A DNA stretch of 64,000 bases, taken from contig CM030333.1 of NCBI GenBank assembly GCA_017654855.1, positions 5,146,001 to 5,210,000 of the forward strand, read 5' to 3'. The position numbers and the translations under genes were made by a program. The notes under the pieces are model-generated. The model saw only the letters and a list, made by a program, of their open reading frames with translations. It was not told the origin of the DNA and did not search any database. The DNA is from Podospora anserina (taxonomy: Eukaryota). Shown here in pieces: positions 13,112-24,864 of this stretch (within the stretch, counting starts at the first letter, position 1; each line of letters begins with the position of its first letter).

Positions 13112-14503
13112 ATGCCGGGTCCCCTCATTGCTTTGATACCGGCCATTGCTGGCGCTACTGCACGCGCAGCAACTCCCGCAATCGGTAAGGCAACTGCTCA
13201 AAGTGCTGCCAAAGGCGCTGCCAAAGCCGCACCCAAGCCTCCTGCACCCAAGCCTGCTGCTCCCAAGCCTCAGCCTCCCAAGCAGAACAACCCCCCCAAG
13301 CCCAAAGACGACAAGAAGCCCGAACAAAAGAAGGACGACAAGAAGCCTGAACCAAAGAAGGACGACAAAAAGCCCGAGCAAAAGGACGAGAAAAAGCCCG
13401 AGCAAAAGAAGGACGAGAAAAAGCCCGATGACAAGAAGCAGGATAATAAGCCTGGGCAGAAGAAGGACGACAAAAAGCCCGATGACAAGAAGCAGGATAA
13501 TAAGCCTGGGCAGAAGAAGGACGAGAAAAAGCCCGATGACAAGAAGCAGAATAATAAGCAGAAGAAGCCTACGCGTGGCTGTGAGAAGAGGGAGGAACTC
13601 ACAGAACAAGCTCTCGACACTACTTCTCAAGTCATCGATCGCATCACGAACCGCCCTGGCCGGGACGATGATGCCACCTCAGATTCTCTCAAACTCGCAG
13701 GGCCCAAGCCCAGGAACCCCGTGGTGGCGCCCAAGGCTCCCAAGGCCGGTGATGTACTTGTCTCCCTTGCTGTTAAGAACAACGGCCAGGATTGGTTCTG
13801 GTTCGTCCACCACCCTACCGAGACCAACACAGGCATGACTATGCATGCCGAGGGTACCATCACCAAGGGATTTACGGTTAAACTCACACGCAAGACCACC
13901 GTCGAAAAGCTCGAGTCTGCCACGGGCACCAAGTCACTCGAGCTGATCAAGCTGCAGTGGGTTGAGAAACGTTGGTGGGACGAGGACATGTTCGCCCCCA
14001 ACAAGGCTGCCAAGGCGGAGGCTCCCTTTGAGACAACCGCGTATGGCGTAAAGCCTCCCACAGTGACCGAGTGCGCTCCCGTCAAGGAGACCGCCACTGA
14101 GATGGCCATGGATAGGATGACCGCCCGTATCAAGCGCAAGGACGACAAGACCTGGGTCCTCGAGTCATGCGAGGCTCTGGTCCGTGCCGGAGCCCTCAAG
14201 CAGAACGTCTTGACCTTCCTTGAGAAGCTCAAGGACAGCTACGGCACCCTCGGCGGCAAGAAGCCCACCGGCCCCAATGTTAGCCCGGCCAACCCTGGCA
14301 AACAGCCGATCTGCGGTACTCCCAGCAGGGGCGGAGATAGCCTCCCTACTAAGACTAATAGGCCTAATACGCCGAGCACACCTGGGAATGCTACACCGCG
14401 TAAGACTGGGAATGCTACACCGGGTAAGCCTGGAAATGGCACTCCAAAGAAGGGCGTCACTGGAAAGCCTCCTGCCATCAACGCGGCTGCTGTCAACAAA
14501 TAG
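13112..14503 (+). CDS. Hypothetical protein with K/D/P/Q repeats, a central globular domain (DUF6540-like by pattern) and P/T/G/K repeats at the C-terminus
   Basis: ATG at 13112 in caccATG context; strong codon bias; WFWFVHHP..GMTMHAEGTITKGFTVKLTR and TWVLESCEALVRAG. Confidence 0.8.
   Translation: MPGPLIALIPAIAGATARAATPAIGKATAQSAAKGAAKAAPKPPAPKPAAPKPQPPKQNNPPKPKDDKKPEQKKDDKKPEPKKDDKKPEQKDEKKPEQKKDEKKPDDKKQDNKPGQKKDDKKPDDKKQDNKPGQKKDEKKPDDKKQNNKQKKPTRGCEKREELTEQALDTTSQVIDRITNRPGRDDDATSDSLKLAGPKPRNPVVAPKAPKAGDVLVSLAVKNNGQDWFWFVHHPTETNTGMTMHAEGTITKGFTVKLTRKTTVEKLESATGTKSLELIKLQWVEKRWWDEDMFAPNKAAKAEAPFETTAYGVKPPTVTECAPVKETATEMAMDRMTARIKRKDDKTWVLESCEALVRAGALKQNVLTFLEKLKDSYGTLGGKKPTGPNVSPANPGKQPICGTPSRGGDSLPTKTNRPNTPSTPGNATPRKTGNATPGKPGNGTPKKGVTGKPPAINAAAVNK
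13298..13570 (+). repeat. Coding minisatellite: 24-27-bp KKDDKKPEQ-type units followed by about 2.5 near-identical 54-bp units
   Basis: aagcccgatgacaagaagcaggataataagcctgggcagaagaaggacga repeated from 13421 to about 13559. Confidence 0.9.
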
Positions 14504-14870
14504 TGGGCATGTATCGCCTCCTAGCGCAATATTTCCATTTTTATGTTTTGGTTATTTAGACGGTTAGAATACAATGGTGGTGAATCTGGGCGTTCTCTGG
14601 TAGAAACAGGCGCTGTTCTTCCATCCTTTCGCTATGTCTGGTTGGTTTGCTGGTAGTGTAAATGGTGTCAGAGTGATAAATTGAGCTAGTACTCAAAGTA
14701 TATGCAACGAAGTCTCCCCCATTCCGTGCCGAATGTTACCTGGATACTGTATTGGTATTGCTGATGAGAAAAGGAGGACACGGAGCTGACCCTAACCCTC
14801 ACCGGCCCCCTTGAATCGCCCCTGACGAATTTCCGAATCCGTCATCCCTTCAAATTCCAGTGACATTGAC

Positions 14871-16352
14871 ATGAATAGAGGGGTCACCCGGTATTCTCCT
14901 CCAAGATTGATACTGATGCCAGCCCAAAACAACATGTTCCTGTCACGAACACAAACACCAGAGTGCAATTGGCCGATACTCCCCAACCAGCCAGCTCATA
15001 CTCACGTGAACGGCACATTGTACTGCTGGAATAGAGACCTTGACACTTCATACTGGATACACGAGCATGCCTTTAGCTGTCTCAATTTCGATAGCCAGAA
15101 CTGCGTGTGCCCGCGCCTCAAAGCAGACCCCGAGGTGGCCGGAATAGGTGTACGTGATGTTGAATTTGCGCTTGTTGGCAGCTCCATATACATTTCTAAT
15201 CAGCTTTCCGATGAGCTCTAGGTAATCCTCGCCTTCTTCATCACTGCTTTCCTGACCGTTATCTCCACGATATTCACCCTCCTCCTCACTCGCACCGATG
15301 GCCCCTTATCTCCTGACGGAACCTGGCCGCCTCCATCCTCCCCGGCCCACCCTCCCACTCTCAACAAGATCAATCATGTCTCAAGACAATACATTGCCAG
15401 ACCATTCGTTGTCTTTCTTCACTCTCATGGAGTCAACATTCCCGTCATAGCCACCTGCGCCACCGAACTCGTTATCTCCCTCTCCGACACCCAGCTCGTC
15501 ACCGGCCTCGCCGTGCTCGTCGGTGCGCTCGCCTCCCTGTACCGCAGCGACCACGATGAACCAATGTCGGTCTATCATTTCACCGTCGCCTCTGACCTGG
15601 CCTGGTTCTCGTCCACCACACATCTCTCCTCGCTGCTGGTTCTCCGTTACCACCCACGAATTTCGGCCAAAAAGGGCCACCGACCCACTCACATCCGGCC
15701 CTGGACGGTGCGCCTCCCGTTAACAATACGACTTGTCCTCATGGCTGTTTTCGCCGCTCTTCTCTTCTGGGCCACCACGCTGGGGGGATACGAGTGCTGG
15801 TACAGCATCATGGCCTGCCCCGCCAAATGTACGCTGACACACCCCTGGGGCGGCGAGCCGGAGACGTGGGTGGCGGTGAACACGGTGCTGATTGTGCACG
15901 GCTACTCGACGCACATGCTGGAGCTCTCGGTTACAGCGAGGAAGTACTGGCTGGATCATCTGAGGCCTCATGTTCTTACTCGGGACAACAAATTCCCTGT
16001 GCCGAGGCTCAAGCAGGGCCTTGTCGGGATGATGGTCTCGACAGCCAGGATGCTCTTGTTTTGCTTCTGGAACGCGTTGGGGTCGGATTTGTGTGACGTG
16101 CTCGAGATGATGGTTTGGTTTGCACTGGGATGTTTTTGGATTGCCGAAGATCGAAGATGGGGGCAGGCAGAGATGGAAGGAGAGCATCGACAGGCGGAGA
16201 ATCGGCTAGGGTATGGGCAGCTAATTCCCATCGTCTTGTTATTACTGCCCCTAATAGCGCTTGTTGAATCCTACGCACACCACTCGGAAGCAGACAAAAA
16301 GAAGAGGTTTGGGCAGTGCAGTTGTGGTGGCTGTGAATGGCACGGATGCTGA
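14871..16352 (+). CDS. Uncharacterised multi-pass membrane protein; intron 15150-15221; start could be a later ATG
   Basis: ADPEVAGIG|VILAFF, LSDTQLVTGLAVL, SVYHF..DLAWFSSTTH and LGYGQLIPIVLLLLP motifs typical of a common fungal membrane family; the gtacgt..ctaat..tag intron keeps the frame. Confidence 0.8.
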
Positions 16353-16508
16353 GTGATCTCAAGTACCTTAGGACGGAGGAGCAAGAGAAATTTCATATCC
16401 GTATTGGTCGTAACACATAACAAGATCTACCTCTATCCCATGACCCAAACAAAAACACAACCACCATAGGGGGTATCAAGCAACGCCGTATATCCTGTCT
16501 TGTCCATC

Positions 16509-18137
16509 TCAATACCAAGCTGACTTCTTTCCGGCCTCGATGCTGTCGACGATGGTGCACTTTTCCGTCTGGCACACCTTTTTCCGCTCCAGAAACTTCC
16601 ATTTGGGGCCTAACGGACCGGTGATGTAGTGATACTCACCAAAGAGCCTCCATTGTCGTTCGTCACTGAGAGGATAAACATCATCACCCCAGTACCCATC
16701 AAAATGGAACCAGGACGTTGGTGCTTCTGGGTTTGACGACGCAGGCTGTAAGCTCGTTCGGTTTCGACCTGCCGGGACTGCGTTGGATTCCTCGTGATCA
16801 ACCTCGTAGTCGTACCAATAGGCGTAGTTGTTCAGTGCGGGATCCCAGAGTGGACCCTTGTCGGTGATGTCCTTGAGCATCTTGAAAGGCAAGACGTATG
16901 GGTGGAGCCCAGGATTGGCGTACATGGCATGACTTCCAACAGCGGAGTAGATAACTGGACGAGCCGGCTTACCGTGGTTTTGGGACCGCTTCTCCATGGC
17001 GTGCCACGTGTATGCCTTGCCGCCGGCATGCTCGCTGAGAAACATGGCCCGTGGAATACCGTTCTGGAACCGGACCATGCAGTGCTCCCAGTCGCCAACG
17101 TGGTTGCCAAACCTGATGTTGAGAACCGTCTGCCCTAGATTGTAGCTGTAGAAAAAGAACCAAAAGGCATCCAGGATGCCGGCTCCTTTGTCGACAAGGA
17201 CCAGGACGGCAGGTGCCTTGGAATACCCGCTGGCGTCGGGCTTGCCTTTCTCCGGAAAGCTACCAACCATTGGCCGCTGAGCAGGTGAAGCCCTTCGCCG
17301 CAAGCCTCTCCCCAGATTCTTGGGCGCGGCTATGCGGTGAGGTGGGTGTTGCTTGTCTGCATCCCACCAAGTCGTTCCGTCATCTGCTCTGCGAGGCTGA
17401 CCGTCGTGCGAGCCCCGGTCCGCTCCATTATTGCCATTCTTGTCGTTATTGTCATTGCCATCATCGTCGTCGTCATCATCGAAAGGGGTTGGAACCCCCA
17501 CTTGGCTGTGTAACCAATCAGGCCTGCTCTCGACATCATCAACGCTGGTGAGAAAGACAGTCCCATTCTCCCCGTTCAACTGCCCCAGATTGTCCAGCGC
17601 CAGGTCTTTTTTCCCATTCTCGCCATCCCACGAGGACTCCACCTTCATGTGCTTGACATGCTCTGCAATATCCGATGGCCAAAAGTTCTCACCAGAGTAC
17701 AAGTGCACCAATGGGGCATTATCCAGCACAAAGTCGGGTACCGCTCCTTTCTCGACCACTTTTGCCTTCATCTCTCCGCCTCTCCTCTTCAGATCGGCCT
17801 CCATCCAGCCCTCCTCTTGGTCCCACGTGTTTTCAAATTCCTCCTCGCCTTCCCACGCCAAAGCCAGCTTTCGTAATTCATCCATGACGGCCTCGCCCAT
17901 GCCGTGGGACAAGGCTGGAGCATCCCACCGTATGTGCTGAATCCCGCATAGGCCCAACCAACGACAAGCTTGGCGGTCGAGGAAGTTGGGCGAGGAATTG
18001 ATCCATTTCTTGTCTCGCTCGGTCTCATTTTCGTCAGGTTGCGTGGGCTTGATAGCACGGGGAACAGCCCAAAGGACGAAAATGATGCTACCTAAGAAGG
18101 CAAAAGTGTATGAGAGGCGGCGGATGCCGTAAGCCAT
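16509..18137 (-). CDS. VPS62: Vacuolar protein sorting 62-like protein
   Basis: N-terminal TM segment; APLVHLYSGENFWPSD, DAFWFFFYSYNLG, GNHVGDWEHCMVRF and PVIYSAVGSHAMY. Confidence 0.9.
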   Translation of the reverse strand: MAYGIRRLSYTFAFLGSIIFVLWAVPRAIKPTQPDENETERDKKWINSSPNFLDRQACRWLGLCGIQHIRWDAPALSHGMGEAVMDELRKLALAWEGEEEFENTWDQEEGWMEADLKRRGGEMKAKVVEKGAVPDFVLDNAPLVHLYSGENFWPSDIAEHVKHMKVESSWDGENGKKDLALDNLGQLNGENGTVFLTSVDDVESRPDWLHSQVGVPTPFDDDDDDDGNDNNDKNGNNGADRGSHDGQPRRADDGTTWWDADKQHPPHRIAAPKNLGRGLRRRASPAQRPMVGSFPEKGKPDASGYSKAPAVLVLVDKGAGILDAFWFFFYSYNLGQTVLNIRFGNHVGDWEHCMVRFQNGIPRAMFLSEHAGGKAYTWHAMEKRSQNHGKPARPVIYSAVGSHAMYANPGLHPYVLPFKMLKDITDKGPLWDPALNNYAYWYDYEVDHEESNAVPAGRNRTSLQPASSNPEAPTSWFHFDGYWGDDVYPLSDERQWRLFGEYHYITGPLGPKWKFLERKKVCQTEKCTIVDSIEAGKKSAWY

Positions 18138-18798
18138 GTTGATGTTTCTGAGGGTGGTGAAGGACTCGAGATGGGGGAAATGTAGGAATGTGGTGTCACC
18201 GCTGCTTCACGTATGCAAGTCCGCATTGGGTTGTTAGGTAACAAATAACCTGGGATTGCTAAGCACCAAGCCGCCAAACGGAGCGGGGACGCAGGATGAC
18301 AGGATGACAGGATGAGGCGCAGAGATGGGAATAAAGAGTGACAAACCGGGCCGCAGAGTGCGCGGGATGAGGGCATCAACCATACTTGGGAGGAAAGAGA
18401 AGAGGAAAGATGGAAAAGGCGAAAAAAAAAGGACCAACAATGGGACAACAAGTCAAGGCATGCAGGAATCATCTGGCCCTGGGATATCCGGGAGTTGGGG
18501 TCACAACCTAACGGGAAGCCGGGAGCCCGGCAGGGTCCACGCACGTCAGCCAAGACTTGTACTGGTACCTGTGTCGCAGCGGCATCTCCACTGATGGATG
18601 GGTACCTGATCTTCTACTGCTCGAAACTCTTAGCGCTGGACAGAAACCGGAAACCCCGCCGCCAAAACCCATTCTGGGATGACAGGCCCCACCCACCGCC
18701 TGTTCACAGGGCAATGCCAAGGATCTGCGACCTGGATGGGCTGGGAGGACATGGCTAGGGTGCTAGGTATGTCATTAATCATGTTTCTCGCTCCTCCA

Positions 18799-20032
18799 TC
18801 ACTCGAGCTCGTCCCATCTCCGAGGTGTCGGCTGGTTCTGCAACACACTCCCTGACTCGGTCCTGTGCTGTGTCCCTACTCTCGACAGCGCCGACGTATC
18901 CCTCCGAACCAACGTTGTCCTCCTCGCCCTTGTCCTAGGCCTCCTGCGCCCTCCCGATCCTCTGACAGGTCCATATGGCCTCTGCTCCACCCCCAGCCCA
19001 GCCTGTATATTGTCCCTCCTCTTTTCTCGAAGGCTCATGTTCCTCTGCTGGTCACGATGCAGTTTCCTCCTTCTCATTTCCTCGGCTCTGTCCTCCACCA
19101 TAAGTCGGTTCTGGTGCGTCTCCACTGATGTGATGGTCACTTCGTCCGTCTCGTTACGTTTGCGCTTGAGGGAGATGAGATCCTCGAGAAAGTGCGCCTG
19201 CGGCTGCCGCTGCCCGCTCTTGTCGCCGCCGACATGAACGTAGATGCCACCGTTGCGCTTGTACCGAGCTGGCAAGTCTTCCTCTTGAGAGTCAACCCCC
19301 ATAGCATCGTCCTGCTCTCCATGGCCATTCGCAGGGTTCTTGTTGCGAAGAGTGGTCTCTGTAAAGTTGATTCTGCACGCGCTGGCCGCGATCAAATCGA
19401 TGTTTTGGTTCAAGTTCCTCAGGGCGGGCAGAGGGACTTGTTCGTCGTGGGGGGTGAATATCATCTCGGTGCCAATGTTTGCGCACCATGAACCGCGAAA
19501 CACGTGGTTGCGGTATGATACCAAGGGCCTTTCCGAGTGTAGGTTGAGTATCTGGATCTCTTCGGCCGGCACATTGGTGTTGGTCGGCAACTCGATGTAG
19601 TCTCTATCTTGTCCATTGTCGAGTTGCAACCGGGGATCGACTGGCGGCTCTGTCGGCGCTCGCGGAGGCTGCAGCCCGGAATTGTCGCGCTTGTCAGCTT
19701 CTTCCCGCTCGGGTGGTTCGTTATCATCGACATCCTTGTCATCAATGAAGGCCGCATTCGAGGCTTGGGGCTCGGCGGCATTGAACAGTGGGTTGTACCA
19801 AACTCGGTAGCCCCCGCGCGTGTTATGGATAATGTCGTCGGTTCGGCGCTCGAGAAAGTCGCGGACAGAGAGATCGAGGGTAATGTAGTAGGTCTACGGA
19901 AGGTGTCAGCGTGTGCGACTCACAGGATTTCAGTCGCCGACATGCCTCTTTCTCGGTAGCTGAGTACTCGAATTCCCACTCGTCCTCGTTCTCTACCAGC
20001 AGAGCGTGGTTAGCCTCGACCTGCGACGGCAT
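18799..20032 (-). CDS. TFIIIC subunit-like protein (triple-barrel domain); exons 20032-19946 and 19893-18799; GC-AG intron
   Basis: EDEWEFEYSATEKE|TYYITLDLS; EIQILNLHSERPLVSYRNHVFRGSWCANIGTEMIF; open frame 19893-18799. Confidence 0.8.
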
Positions 20033-20415
20033 TGCGTTGCGCGCGAGATGTTGCTGCTGAATGAGAGTTGAAGATGAATTACGGGGGGTTGTAGGCTTCG
20101 CGGATGGTGTGAAGTAAGGTAGCCTGCCAAAGTACGGCCTGCTGTTCAGAGTCGACACTGTGACAAGTCTGCGGTGAGTTGCTTGGTGGCTTCCGAGGTC
20201 CCGTCTGGGTAATGGGAGACTTGCAGGGGTCGCAGCTGAGCTTCCGATGGATTGATTGTCAAAAGTTAGCGGTCAGCATTGGCAGAACGCTGCGCGTCGA
20301 ACCCGGCATGCCGATAGCGGGGAAACTTGGGCTTATCGCGTGGACCTAGTGGTGGGTTCCGCCATGAAATGCCCCGCGAATATTTTGAATCACTGCCCTG
20401 AGGATCACCAGGGGT

Positions 20416-20422
20416 TGACTCA
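20416..20422. promoter_or_regulatory. Gcn4/CPC-1 (cross-pathway control) site
   Basis: Perfect TGACTCA about 90 bp upstream of the HIS7 ATG. Confidence 0.7.
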
Positions 20423-20511
20423 TTGGATAGGTATTCCCGTCGTGCCCTTTCCCACAGACAACATCACCTTGAATCGTCTCGAAGCCTCCCTGGTTGCAGT
20501 CGCAAATCAAA

Positions 20512-22233
20512 ATGCCAAAGGTTTATCTTCTCGATTATGTCGCCGGCAACGTGCGCAGTCTTGTGAACGCCATTGAAAAGTGTGGCTACGTGGTCGAGTG
20601 GATCCGGTCGCCGGAGGATGTCCCAAAAGCAGAGGTATTGTGTGCTCGCCCTGTGGGAGAGGAGGATAGGGAATACTGACATGCTGGGTATCGCACGTAG
20701 AAACTGATTCTGCCTGGTGTCGGACACTTTGGCCACTGCCTCTCGCAGCTTTCCGCCGCCGGCTTCCTCCCCGCGATCCGAGCCCACATCGATGCCGGCA
20801 AGCCGTTTATGGGCATTTGCGTCGGTCTCCAGGCACTCTTCTCCAGCTCAGCCGAAGACGCAGACTGCCCAGGTATTTGTCTCATACCAGGAAGTCTCGA
20901 TCGATTCGACGACAGTGTGAAAGCTGTGCCCCATATTGGCTGGAACAATGCTTCCTGTCCCACGAATCCAAGGCTTTATGGCTTGAGCCCAGATTCGAAA
21001 TACTACTATGTGCACTCGTACAAATACCCCTACGTCAAGGGCGAGCTGGAAAGCCATGGTTGGGCCGTGGCAACAGGCACATATGGCACCGAAACCTTCG
21101 TCGGCGCCGTGGCTAAAGGAAACGTCCTGGCCACCCAGTTCCACCCCGAAAAGAGCGGCGTCGCCGGTCTCCGAGTGATCCGATCTTTCCTCGACGGCTC
21201 GGGAGCGAAGGCGCTGGCCGAGCATCTCCCACAAGAAAGCAACATCGCTGCCGAACTCGTTCCCAAAGATGGCCTTACGCGTCGTGTCATTGCCTGCCTC
21301 GACGTGCGCACCAACGACCAGGGCGATCTCGTTGTTACCAAAGGCGATCAGTATGATGTGCGGGAAAAGGGCTCTGATCGCAACGTCCGCAACCTCGGAA
21401 AGCCGGTTGAAATGGCCAAGAAGTACTATGAACAGGGTGCTGACGAGGTCACGTTTCTCAACATCACTTCCTTCCGCGACTGCCCCGTCGCCGACCTCCC
21501 CATGCTCGAAATCCTCCGGCGCACTTCCGAGACAGTCTTTGTTCCTCTGACGATCGGTGGTGGCATCAGGGATACCGTTGACGTCGATGGAACCAAGGTC
21601 TCGGCCCTCGAAATAGCAACCATGTACTTCAAATCTGGCGCCGACAAGGTTTCCATCGGCTCAGATGCTGTCATTGCGGCCGAGGAGTATTACAATGCTG
21701 GAAAGACGCTGTTTGGAAACACGGCCATCGAGCAGATCAGCAAAGCATACGGAAACCAGGCCGTCGTTGTTAGCATCGACCCCAAGAGGGTTTATGTGCC
21801 GAAACAAGAGGCTACACGCCACGCCACTCTCAAGACAAAGTTTCCTGGGCCAAAGGGAGAAGAGTACTGCTGGTATGCCTGCACAATCAAGGGGGGTCGG
21901 GAGACGAGAGATCTGGACGTGGTGGAGCTCACGCAAGCCGTCGAGGCAATGGGCGCGGGCGAGATTCTTCTCAACTGCATCGACAAGGACGGCACAAACA
22001 GCGGGTTTGATCTCGAGCTGATCAACCAGGTCAAGGGGGCTGTCAGGATACCAGTCATTGCTAGCAGTGGTGCGGGAAATCCTGGACACTTTGATGAGGT
22101 GTTTAGGGAGACGACAACCGACGCCGCGCTGGGTGCCGGTATGTTCCATAGAGGGGAATATACGGTACAGCAGGTGAAGGATTATCTGGCCAGCAAAAAT
22201 TTGGTGGTGAGGAAATTCGAGGGGGAGTTTTGA
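20512..22233 (+). CDS. HIS7: Imidazole glycerol phosphate synthase HisHF; intron 20635-20700
   Basis: [17 protein letters not shown] and QFHPEKSG (glutaminase); [23 protein letters not shown] and [17 protein letters not shown] (cyclase). Confidence 0.98.
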
Positions 22234-22587
22234 GATGTGTACAGTTCTGGAGAAAAGCAGGTGAAATTCAAGGTAGATAGCAGCAAGCAATCAGCGTGTA
22301 AATGATTGAAAAAAATGTATATACTGTGGCACTGGCCGCCTCAACAGCCCTCTACCTAGACGCGAAAACCTGTCACAGGACATCACCCTCCGTATTCATT
22401 TTTAAAATGACAAAAAGAACACACATGCAATTTTTCTCCGTCGTGAGCTAAAAGGAAGTGGTATAGAACGATGCCGCCTCAAGTTCAGAAACCCCACTGA
22501 ATCAGGTCCTAGCTGAGCTGATGCATCGTCTTGGTCGTAAGAAGAAAAAAACCCAAAGTCGGAAAGAGAACTCCTGGCGCCCACCCC

Positions 22588-23582
22588 TTAAAGCTCCATG
22601 CCCATGAAAAGCCACTTGCTACTAATCACATCGTAACCCGAGGACCAAAAGTCCAACGTCGTCAAGGAAAAGCCAGCCCACTGCAGGCCCTTGGTCAAAG
22701 GTTTGGCGTCTTCTTCTTGGATGCATCGCTCAATGGCAATCACCATGTGTGAGCAACCAAGCGGACCATCGGCCAACTCAATCAGTGCCACCAGTCTGTT
22801 TCGTGTCAGCAAGTCTGGAGCAACACAGCAAGAGGGTCAATGGGGGGTCGACATACGCCTTCTTCAAATCCCTGCTCACCACATCGCGGTCGAAAAAGAC
22901 AAACAGGGTTCTGGATTCCACCCCGTCCTCCTCACCAGCAGCGACGTTCTCGGCAAGGAAGGCTCTGAACGAACACCCGCCGGCGTAGTCCCATATTTCC
23001 ATCCAGGCCGGAATCCCCGCTCCAGCGCCTGCGGGTCCCATAGTGTACGAATTCAAGGGACAGTCTTCGGGCGGAGTGAGCTGGGAAGCATACTGGTTCC
23101 GAGTATTGGAATTGTTGTTAAACACCCCCATCAGGACCGAGACCTGCCTCGCCTCGCTTCTCTCACCCAGAAACATGGCGCGCAGCGTCTCGCAAAAGAA
23201 CCTCTCACATTCTTCCCTGATGCGAAGTGTTGCCCCCCCTCGTCGGCGTGCAAACTCGTGGTTGCCGATGCTAGTATCATGACCACTGCTCTGCTTGCGG
23301 CTGACATGACTCCTCGCCTTGGGAGTCAGCGCAAGCTCGTTGTTGGTCGTGATGGCCGCGAGGGGGGGGCTTGATGGTGGCGATGGCAGTCCCGTCGAAG
23401 GGACCTCAGGAATACCACTCGGCCCCTGCGAGCCCCGTAGTGCAGTAGTGGAGGCCCTTGAGGGAGGCGAGAGACGGGTCGACGAGGTAGCAGCTGGCGA
23501 GGATATTGGCCTGACGGAGAACGTCCTCGCCGTAGTAATTATTACTATTACTGTTACTATTGTTATGTTTCATTGGCGCCAT
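22588..23582 (-). CDS. OAZ1: Ornithine decarboxylase antizyme; ORF1 23582-23406, +1 ribosomal frameshift at UCC-UGA, ORF2 with intron 22796-22856
   Basis: ORF1 ends WYS-stop (TCC TGA at 23411-23406). The +1 frame reads EVPSTGLPSPPSSPPLAA..IREECERFFCE..EIWDYAGG..LFVFFD..DLKKA|LVALIELA..LQWAGF..WLFMGMEL. Confidence 0.95.
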
Positions 23583-24352
23583 TGCTTCTAGCCACGTTGG
23601 CTGCTTGGGATAGCTCTGGGAGACGAAAGGGTGATGGAGGAGGGGTTGGTGCTGTAAAGCCGACTGGGAGAGAGGAAGGCCCAAAAAAGACGGATTAGTC
23701 GGTGTGCAAAAGCGAATCGTTGGTCCGGTGAAAGACGTCTGTCTGATGCTGGTCAAGATGGATCGCGAGAATGGTTGGTTTTGGTAGGTTATGCAGTGAT
23801 GTAGCTAGCAAGCTGTCGGGGTTGGGTGGTGTCAATCGCAGAGATTATCGCTGTCGAAACTGTAGGGGTATTCCAGGGTTTTTGAGGAAGAAAGAATGGG
23901 GAGATGGTTTGGGTTTTGTGAACCTGGAAATCTCTGGAAGGCCAAAGCGGCCCAACGATTCGCCATTCAAACAACGAAAGGTGGGGGTGCTTGGCGCCAC
24001 TTGGCAACCAAACAGATCCCATCACGTGGTGCTCAGGGTGGGGCAGTGGCGGACTGCTCGAGAGCGGAAAACTCGCATCTCAACTCACTCAGCAGCGAGA
24101 TTTAGTCATCATGCACCGTATACACAACATAATTATCAATACAAGACCGGACTACAAGGCTATTGTTGGTCACAAAAACTACCTTTCGCATTCCGGGACG
24201 GTGAACCGGAAGACGGATCTGGGGTCAGTTAGACTAACCGGCCCGGATTGCACGATCGGCGTCCGGTAGGCGGTCAGACCCACAGGGCCGACACCTCGAA
24301 CCCCTCGGGCTCGGTCCTAGATTTGACGCTCAATCACCCTGTTCTGCATTGA

Positions 24353-24380
24353 GGTTCTTGGTTCTTGGTTCTTGGTTCTT
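24353..24380. repeat. (GGTTCTT)4 tandem repeat
   Basis: ggttcttggttcttggttcttggttctt. Confidence 0.85.
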
Positions 24381-24864
24381 GTTGTCTATGCAGATACAAA
24401 CTTGCCTTTTCTTATTTCAACCATTGTGAAATGGAAATATGCACCTCGGTAGCTGTGAGTCCGCTCTACCATTCCCGTCAGTGTAGATTGCGGCTCGCAA
24501 TGGACGAGTTAGAACAGACTCAAGTCAACCAACACAGGAGCGCCACGGCTGAATCATTGGCTCATCTGTCGGCTATGCACTCTCAGAGGTCGGTATTGCA
24601 TTGTGGACAGTGCAAGACACACCTGTCGAACCGTGACGCTCTTTCTGCTGAATCCAACGGTTGCGCCTTCTGGACAAGAATTGGATGCGCTTCCCGAGTG
24701 GCTAAGTAGGTAGCTGAGCAAAAGCAGGTCTTCCGATCTTGACGACCTCTCTGAACCTGTCGAGTCCTTTGTTCTGTTTGCTCTCTTTTCTCTGTTTGCA
24801 CAACCTCGACTCGACTGGACAATATAAGGTATTATTGTGATCACAGGATAGCCGGGCTGCGACG

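Noticed and set aside
13073-13630. Hydrophobic repeat ORFs on the minus strand
   Set aside because: Reverse complement of the Lys/Asp repeat region
22691-23374. 227-aa plus-strand ORF
   Set aside because: Antisense to antizyme ORF2, with no independent support
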